Assembly: GCA_963727445.1 (NCBI GenBank) | Contig: CAVSGI010000010.1 | Coordinates: 1,344,001 to 1,408,000, forward strand | Source of the DNA: an uncultured delta proteobacterium | GTDB lineage: Bacteria > Myxococcota_A > Polyangia > Polyangiales > B10-G4 | DNA: 64,000 nucleotides | Direction of reading: 5' to 3' | In this document: piece after piece, positions 1 through 13,452 of the stretch | Layout: each line of letters begins with the position of its first letter | How positions within the stretch are numbered: the first letter of the stretch is position 1 | The notes under the pieces: generated by a model | Databases searched by the model: none | What the model was told of the DNA's origin: nothing | Seen by the model: only the letters and a program-made list of their open reading frames with translations | Program-made: the position numbers and the translations under genes

Positions 1-1537
<1,537 letters not shown>

Positions 1538-1638
1538 GCTGAAGCAGGGCGCGGGTTGAAAACCGCCCTGTTTGGGGGCCTACTTCGCGATCCCGGGAGG
1601 CCGCTCGTCTCGGCCGCCCCACAGCCTCAGGGAGAACC

Positions 1639-3225
<1,587 letters not shown>

Positions 3226-3246
3226 GCGCCGCACCCGCCCGAGCGC

Positions 3247-3753
3247 TCAGAAGTAGAAGCCGACGCCGCCGCCGAGGGTTCCGGCGACGGTGAAGGGCAC
3301 GACTGTGAGGACGCCGAAATCGGTCTCGCCGAAGGGGACGTACGCAGCGGCTTCGAGCTCGAGGGCGAGCCAGGGGAGCGGGCGGTAGCGGACGCCGAGG
3401 GAGAGGAACATCGAGGCGCCGAAGCGGCCAGGGCGCGCGTTGGTCTCGCCGCGCGCGTGCATCGCCACGCCGAGGCGTGAGAAGGGTTGGATGACGTCGG
3501 AGGCGAAGAAGGCGCCCTCGACGTAGGGGACGAAGTCGGCGCTCCGGATCGCGCCTTCGATCGAGGAAAAGCCGTAGCCGACGCCGAGGCGGGTGATGCC
3601 GAGGGTCAGGTTGGGCGTGATGACCACCCCCAAGGTCAGGCCATAGGCGAAGAAGCCTCCGACGCCTGAGTCGCGGTCGTCGGCGAGACCGCCGTGCGTG
3701 CCGATCGCCAGGTGGATACGTCGCTCCCGAATCGGCACCTGCAGTCCGGTCAT
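3247..3753 (-). CDS. Small outer-membrane beta-barrel-like protein
   Basis: Alternating amphipathic strands, LGVRYRPLPWLALELE, C-terminal GVGFYF beta-signal; no clear signal peptide. Confidence 0.55.
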   Translation of the reverse strand: MTGLQVPIRERRIHLAIGTHGGLADDRDSGVGGFFAYGLTLGVVITPNLTLGITRLGVGYGFSSIEGAIRSADFVPYVEGAFFASDVIQPFSRLGVAMHARGETNARPGRFGASMFLSLGVRYRPLPWLALELEAAAYVPFGETDFGVLTVVPFTVAGTLGGGVGFYF

Positions 3754-3773
3754 TGCGGTAGACTTCGGGCCGC

Positions 3774-6700
3774 GTGGAGGAGACGGGGCCTGGGTCGGGT
3801 AGCGACGTGGAAGAGCGGATCGCCGGTCTCCGGGCGGAGCTCAAGTCGGGCGGGGATCGCGCCATCAAGGCCACCCTCCACTACGAGCTGGGGCACCTGC
3901 TCGAGAGCTCGGGGGACGTCGATGCCGCGCTGACGGAGTACGACACCGCGCGCAAGGCCGACTCGAGCTTTCGGCTGCCGATCTTCGCCCTGGTGAGGCT
4001 CTACCGGGAGCGCAAGGACGCGGTGAAGCTCGCCGACCTCCTCGCCACCGAGGCGAAGGTGGCGAAGAATCCCGCGGAGGAAGCGTCGGCCCTCCTCGAG
4101 CACGCGGCGCTCCTCGAGGACGAGCTCGGACGCGACAAGCAGGCGAAGGCACTCTACGAGCGCGTCCTCGGACGCGACCCGGGAAACCTCACGGCGTCAC
4201 TCTCCCTCGAACGCATGTTCCGCGCCGGCGGCGACGCGCGCAGCGCCGCCAAGATCGTCCACGACCGCGCCGAGCACGAAAACAATCCCGTCGCCAAGCG
4301 GGTCTTGATCCTCGAGGGCGCGTTGGATCGGGAAAAAGCGGGGGACGTCGAAGGCGCGATCGAGGAGCTCCGCGGTGCATCCAACGCGCCGCACCTGCAG
4401 GTGCGCTTCCTGCGCGAGCTCGAGCGGCTCTCCCGCAGCACCGGCCTCGTCCACGACCGCATCGAGGTGATGGAGCGTTTGTCGAAGCTCGCGGAGCGCC
4501 GCGCCAAGGGCGAGTCGGTGAGTCAGGGCCTCTCCGCCGGATCGCTGCCGCCCTTCGCCGACGAAAAGGAAGCGGTGGGCGCCGCCTGCGTCCTGCTCCG
4601 CGAGATCGCGCAGCTCAAGCTCTCGGAGGACGACGCGCGCGGGGCGCTCTCCGCCCTCGACCGCGCCGTCACCCTCGCACCCGACGACCTGCTCCTGCGC
4701 TACGAGCGCCTCGCGCTCTACGAGCGCCTCGACGACTTCGGCAGCGCTCAGAAGGACGCGCGCGAGCTCACCTCCGCGGGCGGGCCCACCAGCGCCGCCA
4801 TCCTGCTCCGCATGGCGGATCTCGCCGCGCGCAAGAACAACCGGCGCGCGCGCCGCGACTACCTCGAGCAGGCCACCGAAGCCGATCCCAGCTCGGCGAT
4901 CGCCACCGCGCTCCTCGAAGAAGAGCTCCTGTCCAACGCCGAGCCCTCGGAGCGGATCACCTGGCTCACCAACACCGCGCGCGACAAGAGCGCGGGCGAG
5001 CGCCAGAAGCTCTTGTGGCGCGCCGCCCGCATGGCCGCGTACGACATCGAGAACGAGTCGCGGGCGCGCGCTCTGTACATGGAAGCGGTGGGTGCCGCGG
5101 GCGGCGCCGGCGCCGTCTCCATCCTGCGCGACTGCTACGGCGCGGCGCTCTATCTCGGCTCCGATGTGCTCGTGAACGAAGCGATCGTGCGCCTCCTCGA
5201 GGTGGACTCCCTCGACCCCCGCGAACGGAGCGCGCTCGTCTACGAACGCTACCGGCGCCTGCGCGCCAAGGACCCGGACGGCGCCACGCGCCTGCTCGCC
5301 GATCTGCGCGACGAGCCCTCCTCGCCTCCCTGGGTCTGTCACGTGCTGCGCCTCGCGAGCGCGAGCCGCAAAGACCTTCGCGGGCTCGCCGCCGCGCACC
5401 TGGCCCTCGCCGATCGCGCCTACGAGGGAGCGGACGACGAGCTGGGTGTGGCCCACGCGGGCGCGGCGGGGCGCGCCCTGGGCCGCGTGGGCGACCTCGA
5501 TCGCGCCGCCGAGGTGCTCGAGACGGCGATGGGCCGCGCCCCGGACTCCGAGTACGTGCGAACGCTCCTCGAAGAGGTGCTCACCGCCCGGGGCGCGGAC
5601 ACCGATCTGGCCTCACTCCTCTTGTCGGCGGGGGACAACGCCGAGGACGCGCGCCACGCCGAGCCGTTGCTCCTGCGCGCGGCCTACGCCGCCCAGGAAG
5701 CGGGAGACATCGAGCGCGCCTTCGAAGCCTGCCGGCGGGCCGCCGCCAAGAGCCCGAGCTCGGTCGCGCCGCGCTGGGCCATGTGGCGCATCGCCACCGA
5801 GGCTCGCGACGAGGAGCGCGCCCGCGAAGGGCTCGAAGCCCTCGCCGAGCGCGAAGCTGCGACCGGCCACCCATCGGTGGCGACGCTGGCGCTGGGCGAG
5901 CTCCGCGCTTTTGGCGGTGCGGGCCCCGAAGCTGGTCTCAAGGAGCTCTCGGCCGCGGCGAAGCACGACGTGGTGGGCGCCGCCGCCGCGGTGGCGATGC
6001 TCGTCACCACCTCCGACGAGGGCTCCCTGACCCGCGCTCTCGAACGGCTCCTCGAGGAAGCCCACGGCCCCTCTGCGCGCGGGCTGACGCGCACCCTCGG
6101 TGGCATGCTCCTCGACGGAGTCGGGGCCGCCGACCGCGTACAGCAGATCATCCGCCGCGTCCTGTCGATGTCGCGCGAGGATCGATGGGCGCTCTGGGCT
6201 TCGCTCAAGCTCGCCGGCAGCGACGCGTCGAGGGCACGCGAGCGCAGCGCGGCCTTCGAGGGGCTCGGCGCGGCCACCGGCGATCCGGAGATCGGGGCCG
6301 AGCTGCTCCTGTACGCGCTCTTCTCGGATCCCGACACCGCGGACGACGAGCGCCGGCAGAAGATCGTCGAAGAGATCGAGTCGCTCGACGGTGACGGGAT
6401 CTTCTCGGCGATGGCGGCCGAGGGCGCGGTGACCTCGGCGGAGACCGCGGCGTCGGCGCTGTCGGCGCGCCTGGGCAAGTCGGGCGCATCCGGGGGTGGG
6501 TCGGTGGAGACCGCCACTGGGCGCGCGCTGGTGCTGGCCGGCCGTTACGCCGAAGCGCTCCCGGTCCTGAAGAAGGCGACCGAGCACGCACCGGAGGATC
6601 TGTCGGCCTGGGAGGCGCTTCGTGTCGCGGCCAAGGCTGAGCAGGACTTCGACGCCCTGGTGGCGGCCGTCGATCGGCTCGCACCCATCGCCCCCGCGGA

Positions 6701-9700
6701 GCTGCGCGCAGAGCTCCTCGCAGAGGCGGGCCTCGGCCTCGCCAAGCACGCCGATCGCCCCGCCGACGCCGAGAATCGCCTCCGCCGCTCCCTGGGCGAG
6801 AACCCCGAAAACCTCGACGCCTATCAGGCGCTCCACGAGATCGTCGCCGAACGGGGCGATCGCGGCGCGCTCGTGGACTTGGTCGAAGCGCGCATCTCTG
6901 TCACCGACGAATCGGACGAGCTCAGCCAGCTCTTCTGGGAAGCGGCCGAGCTCTATCACGCGCTCAGACGCGATCAGGAAGCGATCGACTCGCTGAAGAA
7001 TCTGATGGTGTTGACGCCCGACCACGCGCCGGGCCTGTCGCTCCTCGCCGCCTGTCACGTCGCCCGGGGCGAGTTCGAGGCCGCGATCGATTCCCTGCGC
7101 TCCCTGGCCTGCGTGGACGTCCCGGTGGAAGAGCGTCGCGACGCCCGCCTCGCCGCCGCGCGCTACCTGGTGACCGAGCTCGACGATCCCGCCGGCGCCT
7201 ATCAGGAGCTCAAGGTCATCGAGAACATGGGGCAGGCCGACGAGGCGCATTACGCCCGGATGGCGATGCTCGCCGAGCGCGCGCAGATGCACGAAGAGGC
7301 GGTGCAGGCGCTCGAAGAAGCCGCCGCCCTCACCGAGGGCGCCGACCGGGCGCGCTACGAGTCGCGTGCAGCGGTGATCCACCGCGCGGTGCGAAACGAC
7401 GAGGCGGCGGCGATCGACGCCTATCGCCGCGCGCTCCAAGCGGTGCCCACGAACGAAACCGCAGCCTCTGCCCTCGCCGACCTCCTCGATCGCGGCGGAA
7501 GGAGGCGCCTCTCGGCCACCTTCGACGCCGCGGTGCGCGCGGAGATGGCGGAGACCGGCACCTCGGTCGCCGCGCTTCGCAAGCTGCAGAAGGCCGCGGT
7601 CTGGGCGCAGGACCTGGACTACGAGCGCCTCGTCCTCGAAGCGATCTTCGTCGTCGGCAGCGGTTCGCCCGAAGAAGAGGAGCGCTGGGAGGAGCTCGCC
7701 GAGGCGACGCCCGAGACCCTCTCGGGCACGCTCAGCGACGAGAGCCTCGCTGGCCTCGGGGCACGCGGCCTCGACTCGTCCGTGGCGGAGCTGCTCAACG
7801 TCGCCACGGACGCCGTGCTGTCGGTGGACGGCACCGATCTCAAGAGCCTCGGCGTGGGCCGCCGGGAGCTCACCAAGGACCGCGACACGTCGCCGGTGCG
7901 CGACGAGGTGATGGCGATCGGCCAGCTCTTCGGCGTGGACGCGGACAAGCTCTACCTCGGCGGCTCGCCACCCGGCGGCGCGGCGCTCTTGGGATCGCGC
8001 CTCGAGCCCGCATCGTGGGTGGTGGACGACAGCGCCGAGAGCCCGCTGTCCGCCGAGCTTCGCTTCCGAGCCGCGACGCTGTCGATGGCACACCACGAAG
8101 GCGGGCTGCCGCTTCTGTCGCGAAACGTCGAGAGCGGAGTCTCCCTCGTCGCCGCCCTCGCCATCGCGACCGACCAACGCCTCGAGGGCGCCGACTCGGA
8201 CGACGGCCTCGCGACCCAGCTCCGCAAAGCGCTGTCGCGCAGCGCGCGCAAGAGCGTGGAGCGCCTCGCAAAGGAGACGGACGTCGAATCGGTTCGCGCG
8301 CACGTCCAGGCGGTGCGCACCGCATGCCTACGCGCCGGCCTCGCGATCTCGGGCGAGCTCTACGCATCGCTGTCGATGGTGTTGGGCGGCGACCTGGACA
8401 ACCTGGGCTCGTCTCCGGCGGCGGTGGACCTGTTGAGCTTCTGGCTCTCACCCGAACACCGCTTCATCCGCGCCGAGCTCGGGATGACCCCGGAGCTCGA
8501 CGAGCAGGATGGGGGCGACGACCTGGAGCGGGCTGCGGCGCGCCTCGAGCGGGCCTCCGGCTTCTTCGCCGCACAGCCGGAGAGCTTCGACTGGATGGTG
8601 GACGCCCAGGGGCTGGTGGGTCGGGTCGACAAGGCGACCCCCGACGAAACCGAGCTGGTGGCGGGAACCCGTCCCGGTGCTCCAGAGGCCGCACTGCCCA
8701 GCCTCGAAGGCCGCCTCTCCTTGGTCGTCGCTCTCGCCGAGGCGAGCGACGACGCGCAGCTCCTGGTGAGCGCGGCCGAGATCGCCGACGCGCAGGGTGA
8801 CCACGACAAGGCGCGGTCACTCACGGCGCGCGCGGGCAAGAGCGGTGGGGGCGACGTGGTGGCCCTTTGGCGCCGGCGCACGGCGGCGATCGCCCGCGGT
8901 GCGTGGTCCGAGGTCGCCGAGCTGCTCGAAGCCGAGGCGGCGCTCCCCATCCCGCCCGAACAGCGCGGGCTCTGCCTGGCGATCCTCTCGGTGGTCGCCC
9001 TGTCGCGGCTCGGTGACGTGACCCGCGCCCGCGACGCCGCGAATCGCGCCCTCAGTCAGCGGCCGAAGTCGGTGGCGGCCGCGCTCCTCTCGGCGCTCCT
9101 CGCGCCGCGCGGCGACGCCGAGGGTTCCGCGGCCGCGCTCGAGCGCGCGGCGCGCGGCTGGAACGACGGCAAGGCGAGCGCAGCGCTGCTGGTCGAGGCC
9201 GCGCGGAAGAAGGCCCGCGCGGGCGACCTCACGCGCGCGCGTTTCCTCTACAAGCGTGCGGCCAGCGAGGACCCCGACGCCCTCGACGCCGCCGTGGGCC
9301 TCGCGCGCGCCGCCTTCGCGCAGCGCGGCTTCGACGAAGCGTCGGACGCGCTGGTGCGCGCCTCCAAGCTCATCAACGATCGCCACCTCGGCGAGGCTTT
9401 CCTGAGGGCCGCGGCGCGTATCGCCCAGGTCGCGGCCAGCAAGCCGGCGCACGCGACGTCGATACTGGCGGAGGTGAGCGACAGCCCGGCGGTCGAGGCG
9501 CTGGCCATCGCCGCGGACGCCGCCCACGATCGCGACAGCCTGATGCGTGCCGTGACGGCGTGCGCCGCCGCCACCCGGCGCACCGCCCGGGCGCTTTGGT
9601 CGGTGCGGGTGGCGGAGCTGCGGAGCGAGGCGGGAGACCAGAAAGGTGCCGCGCAGGCCCTCCGCGACGCCACCCACGCCGACCAGACGCTCGATTTGAT

Positions 9701-12008
9701 CCGCGTGGTCGGTGCCGGCATCGCTCGCCGGTCCGGCGATCGACGGGAGCTCGCGCGGCTGAGCCGCAGCACCGGCCTGAGCCCCCTCGCCGCGAGCGCG
9801 CGCGTGGCCTTCGACAAGAAGGCCTTCGGCTACGAGCTCCGGATGCTCTCGGACGCCGCCGCCGCGGAGGAGCCGGAGATCGCCGCCCTCCTCGTCGCCA
9901 CCGACGCCGCCGCCGAGTCGAACGATCAGGAGGCGCTCGAGCAGGCGGCGCTGCGCGAAGCGGAGCACGACTCCGCGCGGCGCGCCGAGCGCCTTCTGGC
10001 GATCGCCGATCTGGCGGACGCCCGGGGTGATCTGCGGAGCGCGGCGCGCGTGCTGCGGGAGGTCCGTCGCGCGAACGCCGATGAGCTGGCGGCGTCTCGA
10101 CGACTGGCGGAGCTCCTTCGTCCGCGCGCGCCCTCGAAGGCGGCGCGCTTGTGGCAGGAGGAGGCCGAAACGACCCACGGCGATCTCTCGGGCTTCGCCT
10201 TCCTCTTCGCCGCGGACCTCCTCGAGGACGACGGCGAGTCGGGCGCCGCGCTCAAGGCGGCCAGCGAGGCCGCGCCGGGTTATCCGCCGGCGCTCTGGGC
10301 GAACGAACGCCGCGCCCGGACCAAGAGCGACCCGTCGCGACTGCGCGAGCTGGTCCTGGCCCGCGCCGAGGAGATCCCCGATCCGCGCACCGCCGCCGAG
10401 ACCATGATCCGCGCTGCCTTCGCCGCACCGAAGCCCGACGCGGAGCTCCTGGCCCGCGCGAGCGAGCTGATCCCGGAGGACGCAGCCCTCGGCGACGTTC
10501 GGCTGAGGCTCGGCGGTCTTCCGCCGGCCGAGCGCGCCGAGCTCTATCAGAACGCCGCGGTCGGCGCGTCGGTCGCGCTGGCGCGTGCGTTTTCGATCCG
10601 CGCAGCAGAGGCGCTCGCGGAAGCCGGGGAGAACGAGTCCGCGGCGAGACTGGTGAGCGGGCTGGTGACTGACGCGCGAGACGACGCCATCGCGACGCAC
10701 CTCGAGCTCCGCTTCCTGATGGCGGCCGGCGATGCGGACGCGGTGGCCGAGGTCCTGGCGCAGGGCGTCCTCGTCGCGAGCGACGACGTCTCCCGATCGC
10801 TGGCGCTCGAGCGCGTCGCCGAGCACGAGCTCCGGGTACGCAACGACCTGGACCAGGCGCAGGCCATCTACCAGGACATCCTCTCCCACTATCCTTCCCA
10901 CGTCGGGAGCAACCGCGCGGTCGAGCGGCTGGCGATGGAGCGCGGCGACGACATCGCCCTCGCTCAGACCGAAGAGGCCCTCTCCCGCCTCGGCTCTCCT
11001 GCCGACGCCTCGATGCGCGCGCGCCTCGCCGTGCGGCTCTATCGCCGCGCCGGCTCCGCGGAGGAGGAGATCGAGCAGGCCCTCCGCCACACGTTCGATT
11101 ACGGCGAAGTGGACGTGTGGCTCGCGAGAGAGATCGAGGCCCTCGCGCATCGTGCGGGCGACGGCCGCCTCGCGATGCAGGCGTGGGTCGAGCTCACCGA
11201 CCTCCTCGAAGACGCCCGCGAACGCATGGGCGCCGAGCTTCGACTGGCCGAGCTCACCGCGCAGCTCCGCTCGCCGAGCGCGGCGCAGAGCCGCCTGTCG
11301 CGGGCGGCGTCGATCGATCTGAAGTACCCCACCACCGGCGAGATCCTCGGCCGCCTCAAGCGGGCCGCGGGCGACCCCGTGGGCGCGGCGGAAGCCTTCG
11401 AGGACGCGGCTCGCCGCAGTCGCTCCAGCGATCGCAAGGCCGCGCAGTCGATGCTGGCGGGGACTCTCTACGAAGGCGCGGGCGACCCCGAGCGCGCGGC
11501 CAAGGCGTACTTCAGCGCGGCGAAGAGCGATCCCAAGCACGGCGATCTGATCCAACGCCTCATGCGCCTGCTCCCCGTCCACCACCAGCAGAAGCCGCTC
11601 GCCGACCTGCTGACCCAACGCATCACCATGGGCGGCGACAAGGCCACCCTCGCCGACCTTCACCAGATGCTGGCCCGCGTGCGTCTCGAGCTGGGCGACC
11701 CGACGTCGGCAAAGAAGAGCCTGCGCACCGTCACCACCCTCGAGCCGATGCGCATCGACGCACTCGAGGAGCTCGCGCGGATCTGCATCGAGACCGGCGA
11801 CGGCAAGGGCGCAGCAGATGCGCTGCAGAAGATCGTCATCACCACCGACGACCGCCCGGTCCTGCGCCGCAGCTACATGACGCTGGCGAACGTCTTCGAG
11901 TCGCAGCGCGACGTGCGGCGCACCAAGGAGGTGCTCCGAAAGATGGTGCAGCTCTTCCCCGACGACAGCGAAGCGAAGCAGAAGCTCGCGCTCATGGAGG
12001 CGCGTTGA
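3774..12008 (+). CDS. Giant TPR-repeat protein (2744 aa), myxobacterial AgmK-like architecture
   Basis: Continuous Ala/Leu/Glu/Arg-rich helical repeats (e.g. AIDAYRRALQAVPTNETA, AQAIYQDILSHYPSHVGS); no signal peptide. Confidence 0.85.
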   Translation: MEETGPGSGSDVEERIAGLRAELKSGGDRAIKATLHYELGHLLESSGDVDAALTEYDTARKADSSFRLPIFALVRLYRERKDAVKLADLLATEAKVAKNPAEEASALLEHAALLEDELGRDKQAKALYERVLGRDPGNLTASLSLERMFRAGGDARSAAKIVHDRAEHENNPVAKRVLILEGALDREKAGDVEGAIEELRGASNAPHLQVRFLRELERLSRSTGLVHDRIEVMERLSKLAERRAKGESVSQGLSAGSLPPFADEKEAVGAACVLLREIAQLKLSEDDARGALSALDRAVTLAPDDLLLRYERLALYERLDDFGSAQKDARELTSAGGPTSAAILLRMADLAARKNNRRARRDYLEQATEADPSSAIATALLEEELLSNAEPSERITWLTNTARDKSAGERQKLLWRAARMAAYDIENESRARALYMEAVGAAGGAGAVSILRDCYGAALYLGSDVLVNEAIVRLLEVDSLDPRERSALVYERYRRLRAKDPDGATRLLADLRDEPSSPPWVCHVLRLASASRKDLRGLAAAHLALADRAYEGADDELGVAHAGAAGRALGRVGDLDRAAEVLETAMGRAPDSEYVRTLLEEVLTARGADTDLASLLLSAGDNAEDARHAEPLLLRAAYAAQEAGDIERAFEACRRAAAKSPSSVAPRWAMWRIATEARDEERAREGLEALAEREAATGHPSVATLALGELRAFGGAGPEAGLKELSAAAKHDVVGAAAAVAMLVTTSDEGSLTRALERLLEEAHGPSARGLTRTLGGMLLDGVGAADRVQQIIRRVLSMSREDRWALWASLKLAGSDASRARERSAAFEGLGAATGDPEIGAELLLYALFSDPDTADDERRQKIVEEIESLDGDGIFSAMAAEGAVTSAETAASALSARLGKSGASGGGSVETATGRALVLAGRYAEALPVLKKATEHAPEDLSAWEALRVAAKAEQDFDALVAAVDRLAPIAPAELRAELLAEAGLGLAKHADRPADAENRLRRSLGENPENLDAYQALHEIVAERGDRGALVDLVEARISVTDESDELSQLFWEAAELYHALRRDQEAIDSLKNLMVLTPDHAPGLSLLAACHVARGEFEAAIDSLRSLACVDVPVEERRDARLAAARYLVTELDDPAGAYQELKVIENMGQADEAHYARMAMLAERAQMHEEAVQALEEAAALTEGADRARYESRAAVIHRAVRNDEAAAIDAYRRALQAVPTNETAASALADLLDRGGRRRLSATFDAAVRAEMAETGTSVAALRKLQKAAVWAQDLDYERLVLEAIFVVGSGSPEEEERWEELAEATPETLSGTLSDESLAGLGARGLDSSVAELLNVATDAVLSVDGTDLKSLGVGRRELTKDRDTSPVRDEVMAIGQLFGVDADKLYLGGSPPGGAALLGSRLEPASWVVDDSAESPLSAELRFRAATLSMAHHEGGLPLLSRNVESGVSLVAALAIATDQRLEGADSDDGLATQLRKALSRSARKSVERLAKETDVESVRAHVQAVRTACLRAGLAISGELYASLSMVLGGDLDNLGSSPAAVDLLSFWLSPEHRFIRAELGMTPELDEQDGGDDLERAAARLERASGFFAAQPESFDWMVDAQGLVGRVDKATPDETELVAGTRPGAPEAALPSLEGRLSLVVALAEASDDAQLLVSAAEIADAQGDHDKARSLTARAGKSGGGDVVALWRRRTAAIARGAWSEVAELLEAEAALPIPPEQRGLCLAILSVVALSRLGDVTRARDAANRALSQRPKSVAAALLSALLAPRGDAEGSAAALERAARGWNDGKASAALLVEAARKKARAGDLTRARFLYKRAASEDPDALDAAVGLARAAFAQRGFDEASDALVRASKLINDRHLGEAFLRAAARIAQVAASKPAHATSILAEVSDSPAVEALAIAADAAHDRDSLMRAVTACAAATRRTARALWSVRVAELRSEAGDQKGAAQALRDATHADQTLDLIRVVGAGIARRSGDRRELARLSRSTGLSPLAASARVAFDKKAFGYELRMLSDAAAAEEPEIAALLVATDAAAESNDQEALEQAALREAEHDSARRAERLLAIADLADARGDLRSAARVLREVRRANADELAASRRLAELLRPRAPSKAARLWQEEAETTHGDLSGFAFLFAADLLEDDGESGAALKAASEAAPGYPPALWANERRARTKSDPSRLRELVLARAEEIPDPRTAAETMIRAAFAAPKPDAELLARASELIPEDAALGDVRLRLGGLPPAERAELYQNAAVGASVALARAFSIRAAEALAEAGENESAARLVSGLVTDARDDAIATHLELRFLMAAGDADAVAEVLAQGVLVASDDVSRSLALERVAEHELRVRNDLDQAQAIYQDILSHYPSHVGSNRAVERLAMERGDDIALAQTEEALSRLGSPADASMRARLAVRLYRRAGSAEEEIEQALRHTFDYGEVDVWLAREIEALAHRAGDGRLAMQAWVELTDLLEDARERMGAELRLAELTAQLRSPSAAQSRLSRAASIDLKYPTTGEILGRLKRAAGDPVGAAEAFEDAARRSRSSDRKAAQSMLAGTLYEGAGDPERAAKAYFSAAKSDPKHGDLIQRLMRLLPVHHQQKPLADLLTQRITMGGDKATLADLHQMLARVRLELGDPTSAKKSLRTVTTLEPMRIDALEELARICIETGDGKGAADALQKIVITTDDRPVLRRSYMTLANVFESQRDVRRTKEVLRKMVQLFPDDSEAKQKLALMEAR

Positions 12009-12036
12009 GCATTCTCGAGATCTGCTCTCGGGGGAC

Positions 12037-13434
12037 GTGAGCGAGTTTCGCCGCGAAGGCTTGCTCTTCGGCGCTCCGACGCGCGACGTCCGCTACCTGA
12101 GCTTCGCGCGGATCTTCGCCCTCGGCTCGGCCGTCCACCTGCTCCTCCCGGACGCGCTTTCGGACACCTGGCTGATCGCCGACGCCTTCTACTGGGTCGG
12201 CATTCTGCTCCTGGTGGTGAACGGCTCTCTCGCGGGGTGGCTCGCTTGCGCCGCGGGCCTCGCGTGGCCGCTCCTCGCGCTGGGCGATCAGCTGACCCAG
12301 AGCGCGCTCCTTCTCCTGATGGCTCTCTGCGCCATCGTTTGCTTCGCGGGCGACGGAGCGCACCGGCGGGAGCGTCTCGAGCAGAGCCTCCCCGCGGCGA
12401 TTCGCGTGCTGGTCGTATCGACCTACCTGGTCGCCGCGGTTCACAAGACCAACGCCGACTTCTTCGACCCGTCCGTGAGCTGCGCCAACGCCGGCGTGTC
12501 GATCCTCGCCGAGACCTGGACCCTCGACTTCATCGCCGACCCCGCCTTCGCCCCGTTCTGGGCGCCGCTCTTCGTCTGCGTGGAGCTCGCGGTGGCGGTG
12601 CTCCTCGTCGTCCGGCCTGCGCTCGGGATGGTGCTGGCGCTGGCGATGCACATCCCGCTCACCATCATCTTCGCGCCGGCCTTCGCCTTCACCATGATCG
12701 CCGGCTGGCCCTGCTTCTTCACCGACGCCGAGCTCCACTACCTGGGCCTCGTCCTGAGGCGCGAGAGGTGGCCCATCCTCGCCCTCGGCAGCGCCCTCGG
12801 CCTCGGGAGCTTCGCCCTCTACATGCAGCGGCACTCGGTCGTGTACTGGTTCTGGTCGTTCAAGGAGGTCGTGCTCTGGATCGTCCTGATCTGGCTCGCC
12901 GTCGCGCTGCTCTTCCGGCCCGAAGGACTGCTCGGCTGGTGGTCAGCCACCCTGGAGAAGGTGCGACGCCACGGACGAGTGCTCTCGGTGTTGGTGGCCG
13001 CCCTCTGGATCGTGCACGCGCTCGGGCCCTACACGGGGCTGTGGTTCCACCACTCGGGCGCGATGCTCTCGAACCTGCGCATCGACGAAGGCTGCTGGAA
13101 CAGCCTGGTCTTTCCGGAGGGCGCGCGCGTGGTGGAGCCCTTCGTGCGCATCGACGAGGCGCGCGTCACCAGCCCCTCGGGGCAGCGACTCGAAGGCCAC
13201 GAGCAGTACCTGGTCGAGAAGCTGAGGGACCGGCGCGAGCTCGAGCGCGAGCGGCGAGAGCTGTGTGAGGCCGAGGGGCGCGCGGTACGGATCTCGGGCA
13301 CTTATCGGGGGAGCGCCTTCGTGATCGACGACCTCTGCGTCGCGCCGTGGCCCTTCGGCGAGCCGGCATTTCCGGAGGCACGTCCGTTCCAGCAGAACCT
13401 CGACCGGGAGTGCCCACAGGCGTGCATCCACTGA
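12037..13434 (+). CDS. Polytopic membrane protein, HTTM-like
   Basis: About 10 hydrophobic segments; YLVAAVHKTNADFFDPSVSC resembles HTTM-type motif; C-terminal soluble domain ending CPQACIH. Confidence 0.6.
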   Translation: MSEFRREGLLFGAPTRDVRYLSFARIFALGSAVHLLLPDALSDTWLIADAFYWVGILLLVVNGSLAGWLACAAGLAWPLLALGDQLTQSALLLLMALCAIVCFAGDGAHRRERLEQSLPAAIRVLVVSTYLVAAVHKTNADFFDPSVSCANAGVSILAETWTLDFIADPAFAPFWAPLFVCVELAVAVLLVVRPALGMVLALAMHIPLTIIFAPAFAFTMIAGWPCFFTDAELHYLGLVLRRERWPILALGSALGLGSFALYMQRHSVVYWFWSFKEVVLWIVLIWLAVALLFRPEGLLGWWSATLEKVRRHGRVLSVLVAALWIVHALGPYTGLWFHHSGAMLSNLRIDEGCWNSLVFPEGARVVEPFVRIDEARVTSPSGQRLEGHEQYLVEKLRDRRELERERRELCEAEGRAVRISGTYRGSAFVIDDLCVAPWPFGEPAFPEARPFQQNLDRECPQACIH

Positions 13435-13452
13435 TGGGTGTAGCCTGAAGAC

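Noticed and set aside
1543..1573. Hairpin AAGCAGGGCG..CGCCCTGTTT between the kinase and pckA
   Set aside because: Could be a terminator, but the loop is long and there is no free U-tract; too weak to call
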